The notes under the pieces: model-generated
The model's database searches: none
The model's input: the letters and a program-made list of their open reading frames with translations, nothing else
What the model was told of the DNA's origin: nothing
Position numbers and translations under genes: made by a program
NCBI GenBank assembly: GCA_051009975.1
Contig: JBPCWA010000510.1
Coordinates: 3,158-67,157 of the forward strand
Length of the DNA stretch: 64,000 nt
Direction: 5' to 3'
DNA from: Hyphomicrobiaceae bacterium
GTDB taxonomy: Bacteria > Pseudomonadota > Alphaproteobacteria > Rhizobiales > Hyphomicrobiaceae
Shown: piece by piece, positions 51,763-62,585 of the stretch
How positions within the stretch are numbered: position 1 is the first letter of the stretch
How the letters are laid out: each line of letters opens with the position of its first letter

Positions 51763-52191
51763 CCGATTTGCGTCAACGCTCACGCTGCACTCCATTGGTT
51801 TGACCAAGACGGCATTGCAGTGTTTCTGAGATAGCCGAAGAGATGCTCATCACGTGCTCCGTACTGAGGCACTTTGTTGCACGCGCTACGCGAAAGTGCA
51901 TCGCACCGCAAAACTTTGGCTTCGCATGGGACACATGCGCGCCAGATGCGGAAAATTGATCTGCAATAGTGTTATTTTGTCGGACCCTTCCTTGTCGGAT
52001 CGGTCTCTGCCTCTGTGCGCCCCTAGGCAGAGCACATCCCGACCATGGGAGATGCTTTCTGCGGCCTCGACCATTTGATGATGCGCGAGATGCAATCAAG
52101 ACCATGTTCGCTCAACGCCACGTGTCATCTACTCTATTCGCGTCTACATTCGCGTCTACCGGCTCTCAATATTGCGTGTGCATCAGGTCAG

Positions 52192-52815
52192 CTAACGCGA
52201 ATGCCATGCCATTACGGTCTTCACGCTACGCCGATCATGCACCCGTCGTCGATGTTCGGCCACGCGAGGCAATTGGGTTTCGGGTTCAATGCTATCACGC
52301 TCAAGCCAGAGTGCCACTGTGAAGAGGTAGGCGTCGCAGATTGTAAACTGATTACCAGTCACCCAGGGGCCTTTGAGAAACTCGCCCTCAATGAGTTGAA
52401 ACGCAGCCAATACCGTCTCGGGCATTTTGCGCCTTAGTTCGGCAATTGCGATGGGATCGTCGGCCCAGCGCGCGGCTCGTCCGCCATGCGCATGATTCAC
52501 ATGGACCGTAGAGCACAGGTAGCTGTTGAATTCTTGGACGCGACCAAAGGCGAACGGGTCATAAATCGGCGCAAGCTGCGCGTCAGGAAAGCGCTGAGCG
52601 ATATAGGCCAGAACGGCAGGCGTTTCAGTGAGAACGCCACCATCTGTGACCAATGCTGGAACACGGCCCTTGGGATTAATGGCTAAGAAATTCGGGTTGC
52701 GTTGCTCGTTTGAGTTGAAATCGACCAAAACCGAATCGTACTCTGCACCTGCTTCTTCCAAAGCAATGTGTGAAGCCAATGCGCAACTCTGTGGAGAGTA
52801 ATATAGTGTGAGCAT
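52192..52815 (-). CDS. glutathione S-transferase
   Basis: MLTLYYSPQSCALASHIALEE, INPKGRVPAL, VLTETPAVLAYI; GST N- and C-domains. Confidence 0.9.
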   Translation of the reverse strand: MLTLYYSPQSCALASHIALEEAGAEYDSVLVDFNSNEQRNPNFLAINPKGRVPALVTDGGVLTETPAVLAYIAQRFPDAQLAPIYDPFAFGRVQEFNSYLCSTVHVNHAHGGRAARWADDPIAIAELRRKMPETVLAAFQLIEGEFLKGPWVTGNQFTICDAYLFTVALWLERDSIEPETQLPRVAEHRRRVHDRRSVKTVMAWHSR

Positions 52816-52854
52816 GGGTAGGCTTTGATTTCGCAGCCAACGGATTCCGTCTGA

Positions 52855-53703
52855 TCAATCCCGCAGCAATTCATTGATACTCGTTTTCGATCGTGTTTGC
52901 TCATCTACTGTCTTGACTATCACGGCGCAGTAGAGGTTCGGCCCGCCCGTACTTGACCCGGCGCTTGGCATGGTTCCCGGAACAACCACTGAGTATGGCG
53001 GAACCTTGCCGATATGAACGGCCCCAGACGACCGATCAACAATTTTTGTCGATGCCCCTATGTAGACGCCCATAGACAAGACGCTTCCTTCGCCAATAAT
53101 AACACCTTCTGCCACCTCTGACCGCGCACCAATGAAGCAATTGTCCTCAACGATTACCGGGTTTGCCTGTAGTGGCTCTAATACACCACCGATGCCAGCG
53201 CCGCCGGAAATGTGGCAATCCTTTCCAATCTGTGCGCAGCTACCAACGGTTGCCCATGTGTCCACCATGGTTCCGCTATCGACGTAGGCGCCTAAGTTGA
53301 CGAATGAGGGCATAAGCACGACGCCAGGGCCTATGTATGCGGAACGTCGAACTATGGCACCAGGCACGGCCCGGAAACCCGCTTCCTGGAAATTTGCCGT
53401 CGCCCAACCTTCGAATTTAAGCGGCACCTTATCCCAAGCTCGTACGCTTGCGTCATTGCCTGGAGCGTAGGTCATGACAGTCATATCAGAAAGGCGGAAA
53501 GACAGCAGAACCGCCTTTTTGAGCCACTGATTGACACACCACTCACCGTCTCGCCTCTCGGCGACGCGGACGGCGCCTGCATCAAGTTCTGCCAGCGCTG
53601 TCTCGATGGCTTCGCGGGTTTTACCGTGTGTATCGGCAGAGATGCTGTCACGGTTGTCCCAGGCTTCGTTGATAACTGCTTCGAGGGGATTAATGTCGGC
53701 CAT
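52855..53703 (-). CDS. dapD: 2,3,4,5-tetrahydropyridine-2,6-dicarboxylate N-succinyltransferase
   Basis: [21 protein letters not shown] and the hexapeptide-repeat region ([40 protein letters not shown]). Confidence 0.95.
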   Translation of the reverse strand: MADINPLEAVINEAWDNRDSISADTHGKTREAIETALAELDAGAVRVAERRDGEWCVNQWLKKAVLLSFRLSDMTVMTYAPGNDASVRAWDKVPLKFEGWATANFQEAGFRAVPGAIVRRSAYIGPGVVLMPSFVNLGAYVDSGTMVDTWATVGSCAQIGKDCHISGGAGIGGVLEPLQANPVIVEDNCFIGARSEVAEGVIIGEGSVLSMGVYIGASTKIVDRSSGAVHIGKVPPYSVVVPGTMPSAGSSTGGPNLYCAVIVKTVDEQTRSKTSINELLRD

Positions 53704-53813
53704 GGGGTATATTGTCCTCACGTGGCTAAACCTTCGGCCGCCTTTTTGCGCGCGCTGCGACTTGAGTCAATGGTGCGGTTTCTCTCGATCGGTCGCAATG
53801 CCAGGTTCGCAAT

Positions 53814-54491
53814 TTATTTTGTGGGGTGATTGAGATGGGCTTTGATCAAACGTTTTGCATCTGCGCTGTCCCACTCAGCGGGGCCAACAAGGCGGCCAAT
53901 TTCGCGACCCTGGCGGTCAATCAGCAACGTTGATGGCATGCCGATCGTTTTCAGTTTGAAACCCAGCTGGGCTGAAGGGTCGTGATAGAGTTTGAGTGAT
54001 TTCACATCGATGTCATCAAGAAACTTCTGCGACTTGGCGGGGCTTCCGCGATCGACACTGACGGCGACGACTTCAAAATCTTCTCCTCCAAGTTCGGCCT
54101 GTAGACGGTCGAGATCGGGCATTTCCTTTCGGCAAGGGGCACACCAGGTTGCCCATAGATTGAGGAGCACGATGCGTCCGGCGAAATTTTCGATCGATAT
54201 GGATTGGCCAGCTCCATTGTTAAATGGTGCGGGTGGGACGGGTGTCGGATCGTCTTTGAAGACGAACGTCGTCATGGCTCCGACATTCAAATCTGTGGTC
54301 ATGTCGGTTCCAGTTGCCTGGCTGCTGGACGTGGCATTGTGCGGTGCAGAGACGGATTTGGTTTTGTCGTTCTCGTTGGAGAAATCGCTCGTTCCTTCGC
54401 CCATCCAGTAGACTGCACCAAAACCAAAAATGGCGGACGCGGCGGCCACAACGGCGTAGATTGGCCAGGACGTTTGCTTTTTTTCGCTCAT
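53814..54491 (-). CDS. TlpA-family periplasmic thiol:disulfide oxidoreductase (thioredoxin fold)
   Basis: N-terminal membrane anchor WPIYAVVAAASAIFGFGAVYW and the active site LLNLWATWCAPCRKEMP. Confidence 0.88.
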   Translation of the reverse strand: MSEKKQTSWPIYAVVAAASAIFGFGAVYWMGEGTSDFSNENDKTKSVSAPHNATSSSQATGTDMTTDLNVGAMTTFVFKDDPTPVPPAPFNNGAGQSISIENFAGRIVLLNLWATWCAPCRKEMPDLDRLQAELGGEDFEVVAVSVDRGSPAKSQKFLDDIDVKSLKLYHDPSAQLGFKLKTIGMPSTLLIDRQGREIGRLVGPAEWDSADAKRLIKAHLNHPTK

Positions 54492-54716
54492 GAGATTGGC
54501 TTATCCCTCAGTTGTTGCTGGCGTTTTCTAATCGGCGACGCTTCACCTGCGACATTCAAGACTGGTTGAGATCGTTCCGACCGGGAATGATTGTGTACTT
54601 GTGTACTATCGATCTCCGCGGAGATAAGTTACTCACTTTTGGGTCAAGTGCGTACGATCCGGTTCGGCAAGGAGGCATCGGCTCACTGGCGCCTGCAATA
54701 CCGGCTCCTTCGCAGC

Positions 54717-54791
54717 GCGTGTCTTGCGAACCGGTGTCTGCGTCAGCCGTGTCTTCGTAACCGGTATCCGTGATTATGGTGTCCGCGAACC
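54717..54791. repeat. Five imperfect 15-bp direct repeats (cGGTGTCTGCGTnan) in the tlpA-argH divergent intergenic region
   Basis: gcgtgtcttgcgaac / cggtgtctgcgtcag / ccgtgtcttcgtaac / cggtatccgtgatta / tggtgtccgcgaacc, read directly. Confidence 0.75.
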
Positions 54792-54912
54792 TGGCATTAA
54801 GTGGGGCAAGGCCTCTAGATACAACTTCTTTGAACACGGCTTCTTTCAACGGAGACTATCAGGAAGCTGATCCCTTGAGCACGTTATCTCTAGCAAGCTG
54901 GACAACTTGAGA

Positions 54913-56322
54913 ATGAACGACAAAAGCGCCAACAAGATGTGGGGGGGGCGGTTTCAATCGTCACCCTCTGAGATCATGGAGCAAATCAACGCATCAGTCG
55001 ATTACGATCAGCGGTTCGCCCAACAGGATATCCGCGGTTCGGTGGCGCATGCCGAGATGCTAGCGGCCGCCGGAATAATTGATGAGATTGACGCTCGCCA
55101 AATCCTGCATGGTCTGGCACAAATTCGATCCGAAATTTCATCCGGCCAATTTGGTTGGGATCGTGGACTAGAAGATGTCCACATGAATGTTGAAAACCGT
55201 CTGAGCGAGATAATTGGGGCCTCGGCAGGCCGCTTGCATACTGCGCGGTCTCGCAACGATCAGGTGGCAACAGACTTCCGCCTGTTCATCCGAGATGCAA
55301 TTGACGCGATCGACAACCAATTGGCCGAGATACAATTCCAACTCGCCCTTAAGGCTAACGAATACGCGGCTGTCGTCATGCCGGGTTTCACTCACCTGCA
55401 ACCCGCCCAGCCGGTGACTTTCGGCCACCACTTACTTGCCTATGTGGAAATGCTAGCTCGTGACCGAGGTCGTTTTGCCGATTCTCGGGCGAGGCTGAAC
55501 GAATGCCCTCTCGGCGCCGCTGCGCTTGCTGGGACGTCCTTTCCTATCGACAGATATTCAACGGCGGCAGCTCTCGACTTTGCTCAACCAACGGCCAATT
55601 CACTAGATAGCGTCTCCGATCGAGATTTCGTTCTCGAAACGCTGGCTGCTGCAGCGATTTCGGCGATGCATTTGTCGCGTTTCGCCGAAGAAATCGTGAT
55701 CTGGTGCACACCGCAGTTTGGCTTCGTTCGACTTTCGGATGCGTGGACTACGGGGTCGTCCATTATGCCGCAAAAGCGCAACCCCGATGCCGCCGAACTC
55801 GTGCGCGCAAAAATTGGTCGGATCGCTGGCGCATTCCATAGTCTCACCATGGTCATGAAAGGGTTGCCCCTCGCTTACTCAAAGGACATGCAGGAAGACA
55901 AAGAAGTGACTTTCGATGCTCTTGACAGCTACCGACTATCGCTCGCGGCGATGGCCGGTATGGTGCGTGACATTGAGCCCATTCCAGAGGCGATGGCTCA
56001 CGCGGCTGAAGCCGGATTTTCGACGGCGACCGATTTGGCCGATTGGCTTGTGCGCAACTTGGGATTGCCGTTTCGCGATGCCCACAACGTGACAGGACGA
56101 ATTGTTGCACTCGCCGAACAGAAAGGCTGTCAGCTGAGTGAAATTCCGTTGAAGGAATTGAAAGCTGTCGAGCCGCGCCTCACTGCAGATGTGTTTTCAG
56201 TGCTGAGTGCTGACAATTCTGTTTCCAGTCGAATCAGCTATGGTGGAACTGCGCCACAGAACGTTCGAAAAATGGCTCAGTCGTGGGTCGAACAGCTGGA
56301 AAACCAACTCGAAAAGGGCTAA
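54913..56322 (+). CDS. argH: argininosuccinate lyase
   Basis: [52 protein letters not shown] (fumarate-lyase signature). Confidence 0.97.
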   Translation: MNDKSANKMWGGRFQSSPSEIMEQINASVDYDQRFAQQDIRGSVAHAEMLAAAGIIDEIDARQILHGLAQIRSEISSGQFGWDRGLEDVHMNVENRLSEIIGASAGRLHTARSRNDQVATDFRLFIRDAIDAIDNQLAEIQFQLALKANEYAAVVMPGFTHLQPAQPVTFGHHLLAYVEMLARDRGRFADSRARLNECPLGAAALAGTSFPIDRYSTAAALDFAQPTANSLDSVSDRDFVLETLAAAAISAMHLSRFAEEIVIWCTPQFGFVRLSDAWTTGSSIMPQKRNPDAAELVRAKIGRIAGAFHSLTMVMKGLPLAYSKDMQEDKEVTFDALDSYRLSLAAMAGMVRDIEPIPEAMAHAAEAGFSTATDLADWLVRNLGLPFRDAHNVTGRIVALAEQKGCQLSEIPLKELKAVEPRLTADVFSVLSADNSVSSRISYGGTAPQNVRKMAQSWVEQLENQLEKG

Positions 56323-56499
56323 CGTGTTGGTTACGTTAGTGTTGCTGCAGGTGATTGCAGCTGGGTCCAAGCAGAGACCGGGCACGTGCTGAGTTGCGTG
56401 GTGGGTGTGGCATCGCATCGGGGTCAGGGCTGATCTTGGGGTGCTGACGATCTAGGGGCAGAGTGGCACACCAGATGCCGCTCAAAATGGCGGATCAAA

Positions 56500-56712
56500 A
56501 TGATGTCAAGACGTGCGCTCAAGGGCTTCGCATGCATCGCTGTCTGCGCGAGCGTTTTGGTTGGCTGCGGCGTGCGCGGCTCACTGGAGTTGCCGCCGGA
56601 GGCAAAGGAGCGCCAGCCAGAGGCTGCGACGGCAGAGGCCGGGCAAGGCAAACCTGCAGGAAGTGCGTCCAAACCTCACCAAAGCTTTTTTCTAGACCGC
56701 CTGTTGCGCTAG
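56500..56712 (+). CDS. small lipoprotein (LptM/YifL-like position between argH and lysA)
   Basis: Signal peptide with lipobox MMSRRALKGFACIAVCASVLVGC|G, followed by a short low-complexity Pro/Ala/Glu tail. Confidence 0.7.
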   Translation: MMSRRALKGFACIAVCASVLVGCGVRGSLELPPEAKERQPEAATAEAGQGKPAGSASKPHQSFFLDRLLR

Positions 56713-56925
56713 ATCCCTCATTGCGGTCTTTGTCGACCACTGCGATTGAGTTTAACGGATTCTTGCTCCCCGATTGGTGTTCACTGCGATTGCAACAAAC
56801 GGCTGCGTTGCGCGCTGGATCGTGCTAACGTCATGTATTAGCTGAAAAAATAACCAGCGCGCGAGACTGATCTCCCACGCTTGATCGATTCTCCAACTCT
56901 TGATCGACTGTTCGCCTCCACAGCC

Positions 56926-58197
56926 ATGCATCACTTCACCTATCAATCCGGCCAGTTACACGCAGAATCGGTCCCCGTTGCGGACATCGCAGCTGACGTC
57001 GGGACTCCATTTTACTGCTACGCAACGGCGACGCTCAATCGTCACTATCGGGTGCTGTCGGACGCATTCGGTGCCCTCGATCATCTCATTTGCTATGCTG
57101 TTAAAGCCAATTCGAATCAGGCGGTTTTGGGGACCATGGCCAACCTCGGGGCCGGTATGGACGTTGTCTCGGAGGGCGAATTGCGTCGCGCGCGAGCTGT
57201 TGGCGTGCCGGCCAGCAAGATCATTTTCGCCGGCGTCGGGAAATCGCGATCGGAGATGCGCTATGCTCTTGCTGAGGATATTTTGGGATTTAACATTGAG
57301 AGCCAACCGGAACTGGAGGCCCTCAGTTCCGTTGCCACCGAGACTGGACGCTCTGCGCGCATAGCAATCCGCGTAAACCCGGATGTCGATGCGAAAACGC
57401 ACGCAAAAATCTCAACTGGAAAGTCTGAAAACAAGTTTGGAGTGCCTTTTCTAGAGGCGCCTGCTCTCTATGATCTTGCCGCAAGACTGCCGGGCATCAA
57501 AGCCACCGGCATTCACATGCACATTGGCAGTCAAATCTCTGTCTTGGAACCGTTTTCCAAGGCCTTCACTTTGATGCGTGAGCTGACACTTGAGCTGCGC
57601 CGCTGTGGTCACACGTTAACCCACCTCGATCTCGGTGGGGGGTTGGGTGTACCCTATTCCGCGTCGAACGCGCGACCGCCGCACCCTGATGAATATGCTG
57701 CGGTCGTCGCTCGAGAACTGGGCGATCTGGGACTCAAGCTCATTCTCGAACCTGGCCGCATGTTGACTGCAAATGCCGGTGTTTTGGTCACGCGGGTCCT
57801 ATTCGTCAAATCAACGCCGGCGAAGCGATTTACGGTTGTCGACGCGGCGATGAACGATTTGATCCGTCCCACACTCTATGATGCTGAGCACGACATCTGG
57901 CCAGTGACTGAGAGTTTGAGGCAGAGCGATCCTGTGGTCCAGGATGTGGTCGGTCCGGTATGCGAGACGGGCGACTATTTGGCACAAGATAGGCGCCTGC
58001 CCCCCTTTGTAGAAGGCGATTTGATGTCGTTCATGGCGGCTGGAGCTTACGGAGCCGTGATGGCTTCCAGCTATAATTCAAGGTTGCTCGTGCCAGAAGT
58101 TCTTGTGGCCGGAGATCAGCTCGCTGTCATTCGCCCGCGGCCGTCCTATGAGGATTTGATTGCGCTGGATCGACTGCCACCTTGGCTGTCACCATAA
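56926..58197 (+). CDS. lysA: diaminopimelate decarboxylase
   Basis: TPFYCY, ICYAVKANSN (PLP lysine), HMHIGSQ, DLGGGLGV, GPVCETGD, AGAYG. Confidence 0.96.
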   Translation: MHHFTYQSGQLHAESVPVADIAADVGTPFYCYATATLNRHYRVLSDAFGALDHLICYAVKANSNQAVLGTMANLGAGMDVVSEGELRRARAVGVPASKIIFAGVGKSRSEMRYALAEDILGFNIESQPELEALSSVATETGRSARIAIRVNPDVDAKTHAKISTGKSENKFGVPFLEAPALYDLAARLPGIKATGIHMHIGSQISVLEPFSKAFTLMRELTLELRRCGHTLTHLDLGGGLGVPYSASNARPPHPDEYAAVVARELGDLGLKLILEPGRMLTANAGVLVTRVLFVKSTPAKRFTVVDAAMNDLIRPTLYDAEHDIWPVTESLRQSDPVVQDVVGPVCETGDYLAQDRRLPPFVEGDLMSFMAAGAYGAVMASSYNSRLLVPEVLVAGDQLAVIRPRPSYEDLIALDRLPPWLSP

Positions 58198-58598
58198 CTT
58201 GATCGGCTGCAATCCCCGCTATCAGATTGCCCCTGTACCACCGCGTTTTACTATGCGAGTTTGTCGTGGCTATGGTTTCGTGGGGCCGTCGTCGCGAGGG
58301 TTAACGGGTCATTTGGTCGCGATTGAATTGGCGGTCGGTGACGGCACGATATCCGTTATTATCGGGGCACGTTGTTATTGGGACGCTCACCACCGTTAGA
58401 CTGGCAGTTGCAGTCGCTGTTGGAATGGCGCAGTTGGAATGGCAATGAAACGGTGGTGGCGCACGATCAAAGGGCTGGATGAGCACGGACTTGGGGCGAG
58501 AGTGGCGAGAGCCTGGTGCGCCCCAGCACGGTCGTGTACTTCAGTCGTTCGCGGCAGTCGTGGACATGATAGGCAAGCTTGAAAATCGGGCCGGCAGG

Positions 58599-61304
58599 AT
58601 GGCAAAATCATCAGAACGTCTCTCGCAAACTGATCGGCAGTTTGGTCGTAAGATCGCCGGCAGTAGATGGATGCTCTACATCGAACGCATTTGGCCACGC
58701 GTTTGGGCCACCGTCGCGGTCGTAGCGGCATTCTTGTTGGTCTCTTTGTTCGGGATCTGGCCTGTCCTGGGCGAGGTTGCTCACTGGTCGATGCTAGCGG
58801 CATTTGCTATCGCGTTCGCGGTTGCCTCGGCATTCGTTTTTTCCACCTCATTCCCGACCCGCGAAGAAGCTTTGCGTCGACTTGAAGCGAAGTCCTCGGT
58901 GCCACATAGACCGGCGTCGACCTATGACGACGCACTGTCAAGCGCACCTTCCGACGGCGTCACGGCTGAGATTTGGCAAGCCCATCGCGAGCGTATGCGC
59001 AGGCAACTTGATCGACTGCATGTGTCCACACCGGCTCCGCGGACAGATAGGTATGACACGTTCGGTTTGCGTGCGGTCATGATCGTGGCAGTCATTGTTT
59101 GCGCGGGATTGGTTGGTGACGCCGCTATTGATCGATTGCAGGCAGCATTTCGCATGGGGAGCATCGCCAAAGTCGAGGGACTGCGGCTTGATGCGTGGGT
59201 CACTCCCCCGCCCTATACTGGCAGGCCGCCGATCCTTGTGGCCGATGGATCAGCTGCGGCTATCAGCGTCGATGAGGCTGGAGGAGGCCGCGGCGACGTC
59301 TTCGAGATCCCGGAAAACAGTGTGATCGTTGTCCGAATGGGCGGTAAACCAGACGTTGCTCTCGAACTGAACTATTTGGGCGCCGATGATCAGCCGATGG
59401 GAGCTTCCATCGAAGAAGACGACGAAGACGGCAATGCCGCGAAGTCGAACCAAGTGCGTGGTATTATTGCTCGCGGAACGACTGGGGTAAGCGTTACGGC
59501 AAACGGTGCGCAACTGGCGCGATGGTCGTTCAACGTGGTTGCGGACCAGCCACCCAAGATCAAGTTCACCAAGGATTTTGAGAAGACCCCGCGCGGAGCG
59601 ATGAAGCTCTTTTATGCGATCGAGGACGACTACGGTATAGCCTCTGCGGAAGCGAAGTTTGAGCGATTGCCACTGGAGCCAGGCGACCCAAAAACGAAGT
59701 GGGCGCGACCCGACATACTGAAAGGACCTCGGCCACCGCTCGAACGGCCGCCACGCATCGTCCTGCGCGTACCGCCGCCGGGCGCAAAGTCACCAGAGAC
59801 TTGGAGTTTCCACGAACTTGGTGCGCATCCCTGGGCAGGAATGCCGGTCCGCATGACCTTGGAAGTACGCGATCATGCGGACCATCTGGGTCGAAGTGAA
59901 AGCAAGGATATCGTTCTGCCGGAGCGATTGTTTTTCAATCCAATGGCGCGCGCCGTTTTGGAACAGCGCCGCCGGTTGGTGTTCGATCCGCGGTACCGCA
60001 AGCTTGTCGTCAAGGCGCTCGATGCGTTGTCCCTCGAACCCGAAGAATATATCAAAGATAAGGCTGTTTATCTGGGCTTTAGGAGCGTAAGGCACCGTCT
60101 AGAAAACAATTCCGGTCGCGTAGCAATAAGTAGTGCCGTTGAGCAATTGTGGCACCTTGCGCTGCGTATAGAAAACGGCGGCGGGCTTTCAGAAGCAGAG
60201 CGTCGACTGCGCGAAATTCAACAGAAGTTGTCCGAAGCGATAGAGCGTGGCGCCTCGCAACAAGAATTACAGGAGCTGATGCGGCAATTGCGCCAGGCCC
60301 TGGCCCAATTCCTGAACGAACTCGCCCGACAGGCACAGCAGGAGCGGCCGCCCGCCAACGCTCAACAAAACCGCTCGCCAGGTCAATCGATGAGCAGTCA
60401 GGATCTGCAGCGCATGCTGGACAATCTTGAACAGATGATGCGGCAAGGTTCTAAACAGTCTGCGCAAGAGATGTTGAGCCAATTGCGAGATCTTCTGGAT
60501 CGACTGCAATCCGGCCGCATGGTTCGGCGCCCGGGCCAAGGTCAACAGGGTCGAAGTCAGCAAATGATGCAGATGATGGACCAGTTCGGGAATCTCATCG
60601 GTGAGCAGCAGCGGTTGATGGACGACACATTTGGCGCCCAACGCCAAGGGCCACGTTCTGGGCAACGTGGTCAACAAGGGCAACGTGGTCAAGAAGGTCA
60701 GCGTGGTCAGCAGGGACAACGCGGGCAGGGACAACGCGGGCAAGGACAACGCGGGCAAGGACAACGCGGCCGGGGACAGCGGGGCCAAGGTCAACAGTTT
60801 GGCCGCAACGGTCGCGGTGGCCGCAACGGCCAACAACTGTCGCCGGACGCGTTAGGACAAAGACAAGGCGATCTCAGTCGCCAACTTGATCGTTTGCGCC
60901 AAGGGATGGGTCGTTTCGGACTGCAGTCACCGCGTGAATTCGACGGTGCCCAGCAATCTATGGACAGCGCCGAACAGGCGTTGCGGGAAGGGGATCTCGG
61001 TCGTGCTACCGAACAACAGGCGCAAGCATTGGAGCAACTCCGCTCCGGTACCCGCTCGATGGCCGAGCAGATGTTGCAGCAGATGCCGTCGCGGTTCGGC
61101 CAGTCTGCTGATTCCCCTCTCGACCCGTTGGGTCGACCACAGCGCTCAGAAGGGCCCGACCTGGGAACGAGCGTAAAAGTTCCAGATGAAATCGACGCAC
61201 AGCGCGTACGTGAAATCATCGAACTGTTGCGCCAGCGGCTGGGCGAACGTTTCCGACCGGAACTTGAGTTGGATTATATCGAGCGGCTCTTGCGTCGTTT
61301 CTGA
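58599..61304 (+). CDS. TIGR02302-type alphaproteobacterial membrane protein with a Gln/Gly-rich low-complexity region (DUF4175-like)
   Basis: N-terminal TM helices (VWATVAVVAAFLLVSLFGIW, MLAAFAIAFAVASAFVF, AVMIVAVIVCAGLV) and a long C-terminal region with GQRGQ repeats, located after lysA as I recall for this family. Confidence 0.8.
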   Translation: MAKSSERLSQTDRQFGRKIAGSRWMLYIERIWPRVWATVAVVAAFLLVSLFGIWPVLGEVAHWSMLAAFAIAFAVASAFVFSTSFPTREEALRRLEAKSSVPHRPASTYDDALSSAPSDGVTAEIWQAHRERMRRQLDRLHVSTPAPRTDRYDTFGLRAVMIVAVIVCAGLVGDAAIDRLQAAFRMGSIAKVEGLRLDAWVTPPPYTGRPPILVADGSAAAISVDEAGGGRGDVFEIPENSVIVVRMGGKPDVALELNYLGADDQPMGASIEEDDEDGNAAKSNQVRGIIARGTTGVSVTANGAQLARWSFNVVADQPPKIKFTKDFEKTPRGAMKLFYAIEDDYGIASAEAKFERLPLEPGDPKTKWARPDILKGPRPPLERPPRIVLRVPPPGAKSPETWSFHELGAHPWAGMPVRMTLEVRDHADHLGRSESKDIVLPERLFFNPMARAVLEQRRRLVFDPRYRKLVVKALDALSLEPEEYIKDKAVYLGFRSVRHRLENNSGRVAISSAVEQLWHLALRIENGGGLSEAERRLREIQQKLSEAIERGASQQELQELMRQLRQALAQFLNELARQAQQERPPANAQQNRSPGQSMSSQDLQRMLDNLEQMMRQGSKQSAQEMLSQLRDLLDRLQSGRMVRRPGQGQQGRSQQMMQMMDQFGNLIGEQQRLMDDTFGAQRQGPRSGQRGQQGQRGQEGQRGQQGQRGQGQRGQGQRGQGQRGRGQRGQGQQFGRNGRGGRNGQQLSPDALGQRQGDLSRQLDRLRQGMGRFGLQSPREFDGAQQSMDSAEQALREGDLGRATEQQAQALEQLRSGTRSMAEQMLQQMPSRFGQSADSPLDPLGRPQRSEGPDLGTSVKVPDEIDAQRVREIIELLRQRLGERFRPELELDYIERLLRRF
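60655..60795 (+). repeat. In-frame 15-bp DNA repeats encoding (GQRGQ)n inside the TIGR02302-type gene
   Basis: gggacaacgcgggca(a/g) recurs about four times after related ggtcaacaagggcaacgt units. The protein reads GQRGQQGQRGQEGQRGQQGQRGQGQRGQGQRGQGQRGRGQRGQGQQ. Confidence 0.85.
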
Positions 61305-61387
61305 GCGCAAATGCTGTGATCTGCGCCAAGGCAATGATTTGAGCCGGCGTCTGATTGGCGTCGACATTATCGTCGGCACCGGTGTCG

Positions 61388-62407
61388 TCACTGGCTGGGG
61401 CTTGACGGTGGAGCATCGTTTGCAAGCCGTACCGGCCCTGGCTGGCTGCGCAGCATGGCTCCGGCAATGCCATGATGGCTGATCAGCGTTGTCGAAGCAC
61501 GCCCGCCAGGTGGGGCCTCGCCGTTCCACCAAGCAGAGAACTGGCGCCAAAGATCTGTTACGAGGAGCCACCCGTAGGGCTCATGCGACAATGGGACGTC
61601 ATAAGGTGCGTACGTGAACTTGTACTCGAAAAATACTGATGTCCGACCTAGCTGGATCTCTAGTCCGGCCAATGCCTGCCCGACAAACCCGGCGAAGTGA
61701 TATTCATACGTGCGAGCTCTCTCCGAATGAATGCCAATTTCGGTATGTGGCAAAGAGATGCCTGCCCCGGCTCCGACATATGGTCGAAACCGGCTCCAAG
61801 CAGGCGCCAATCTCGCCATTCCGTTGAGTGTGAGCATGTTGTGTCCATGGCTGAATTCCAAATGACGGAAAACGTCGCCCATGCGCTGCTTGGACGGAAG
61901 AGTTTCGCCATTCAACGTGCCTTCGAATGTTGCAATGTCGTCACGTTGGGCGATCGCTTTCGCATGGGTAAAGTCCAACATGCTGCCGAACTGTCCGTTT
62001 GAGCCCCACCGTTGAATACGCACACCGTAATAGATCGGTGCCTTGAATGGTCGACCGATCCAACCGAAATCTTTAACCGTCATATCTGTACGGCCCGGAT
62101 TCACAAAGCGAACCGCAGAAGGGTGGGTGTACGCGACGCCACCGTAACCCCCAATCGCCCATTCTGTTCCGGCCGCTGAGGCGGGTCGTGCCGATCCGCT
62201 GGAACTGCCAGAACGAGCAGCGGTGGACGCAGCAGCATCATCTGGCCCAGTCTCGACGTTGAGGGCCGTCGGTAGAAGTTGAGTGGCAAACAAGAACGCG
62301 TACGCACAGCCCCCTATGACCGCCAAAGCCCTATCGCGCCAGCCACTCCTCGATCCGTCGCCCCATCCGCAATGGATCGGCGATTTTTGAATACTACTGA
62401 TAGTCAT
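61388..62407 (-). CDS. putative outer-membrane beta-barrel protein (possibly PagL/LpxQ/OmpW-like; family not certain)
   Basis: Starts at MTISSIQKS (ATG 62407). It has a hydrophobic N-terminal segment and alternating-hydrophobic strands (YVGAGAGISL, FAGFVGQALAGLEIQL, SVFFEYKFTYA). Confidence 0.55.
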   Translation of the reverse strand: MTISSIQKSPIHCGWGDGSRSGWRDRALAVIGGCAYAFLFATQLLPTALNVETGPDDAAASTAARSGSSSGSARPASAAGTEWAIGGYGGVAYTHPSAVRFVNPGRTDMTVKDFGWIGRPFKAPIYYGVRIQRWGSNGQFGSMLDFTHAKAIAQRDDIATFEGTLNGETLPSKQRMGDVFRHLEFSHGHNMLTLNGMARLAPAWSRFRPYVGAGAGISLPHTEIGIHSERARTYEYHFAGFVGQALAGLEIQLGRTSVFFEYKFTYAPYDVPLSHEPYGWLLVTDLWRQFSAWWNGEAPPGGRASTTLISHHGIAGAMLRSQPGPVRLANDAPPSSPSQ

Positions 62408-62585
62408 GGTGATCCCCCCAGTAGCCAGCCACCTGGTCGCAAGCAAATCAGCAGCGCGAGCAACGCTGGCATTGATCTGAGTCACATAAAGCCGCCATCC
62501 AGCCCCTTTCTTACCGCGTCCAATTCTTACCGTATCCAAGTCACTGCAATCAGCGAACCGAGCGCAGCGTCGCATGCGAGAGACT

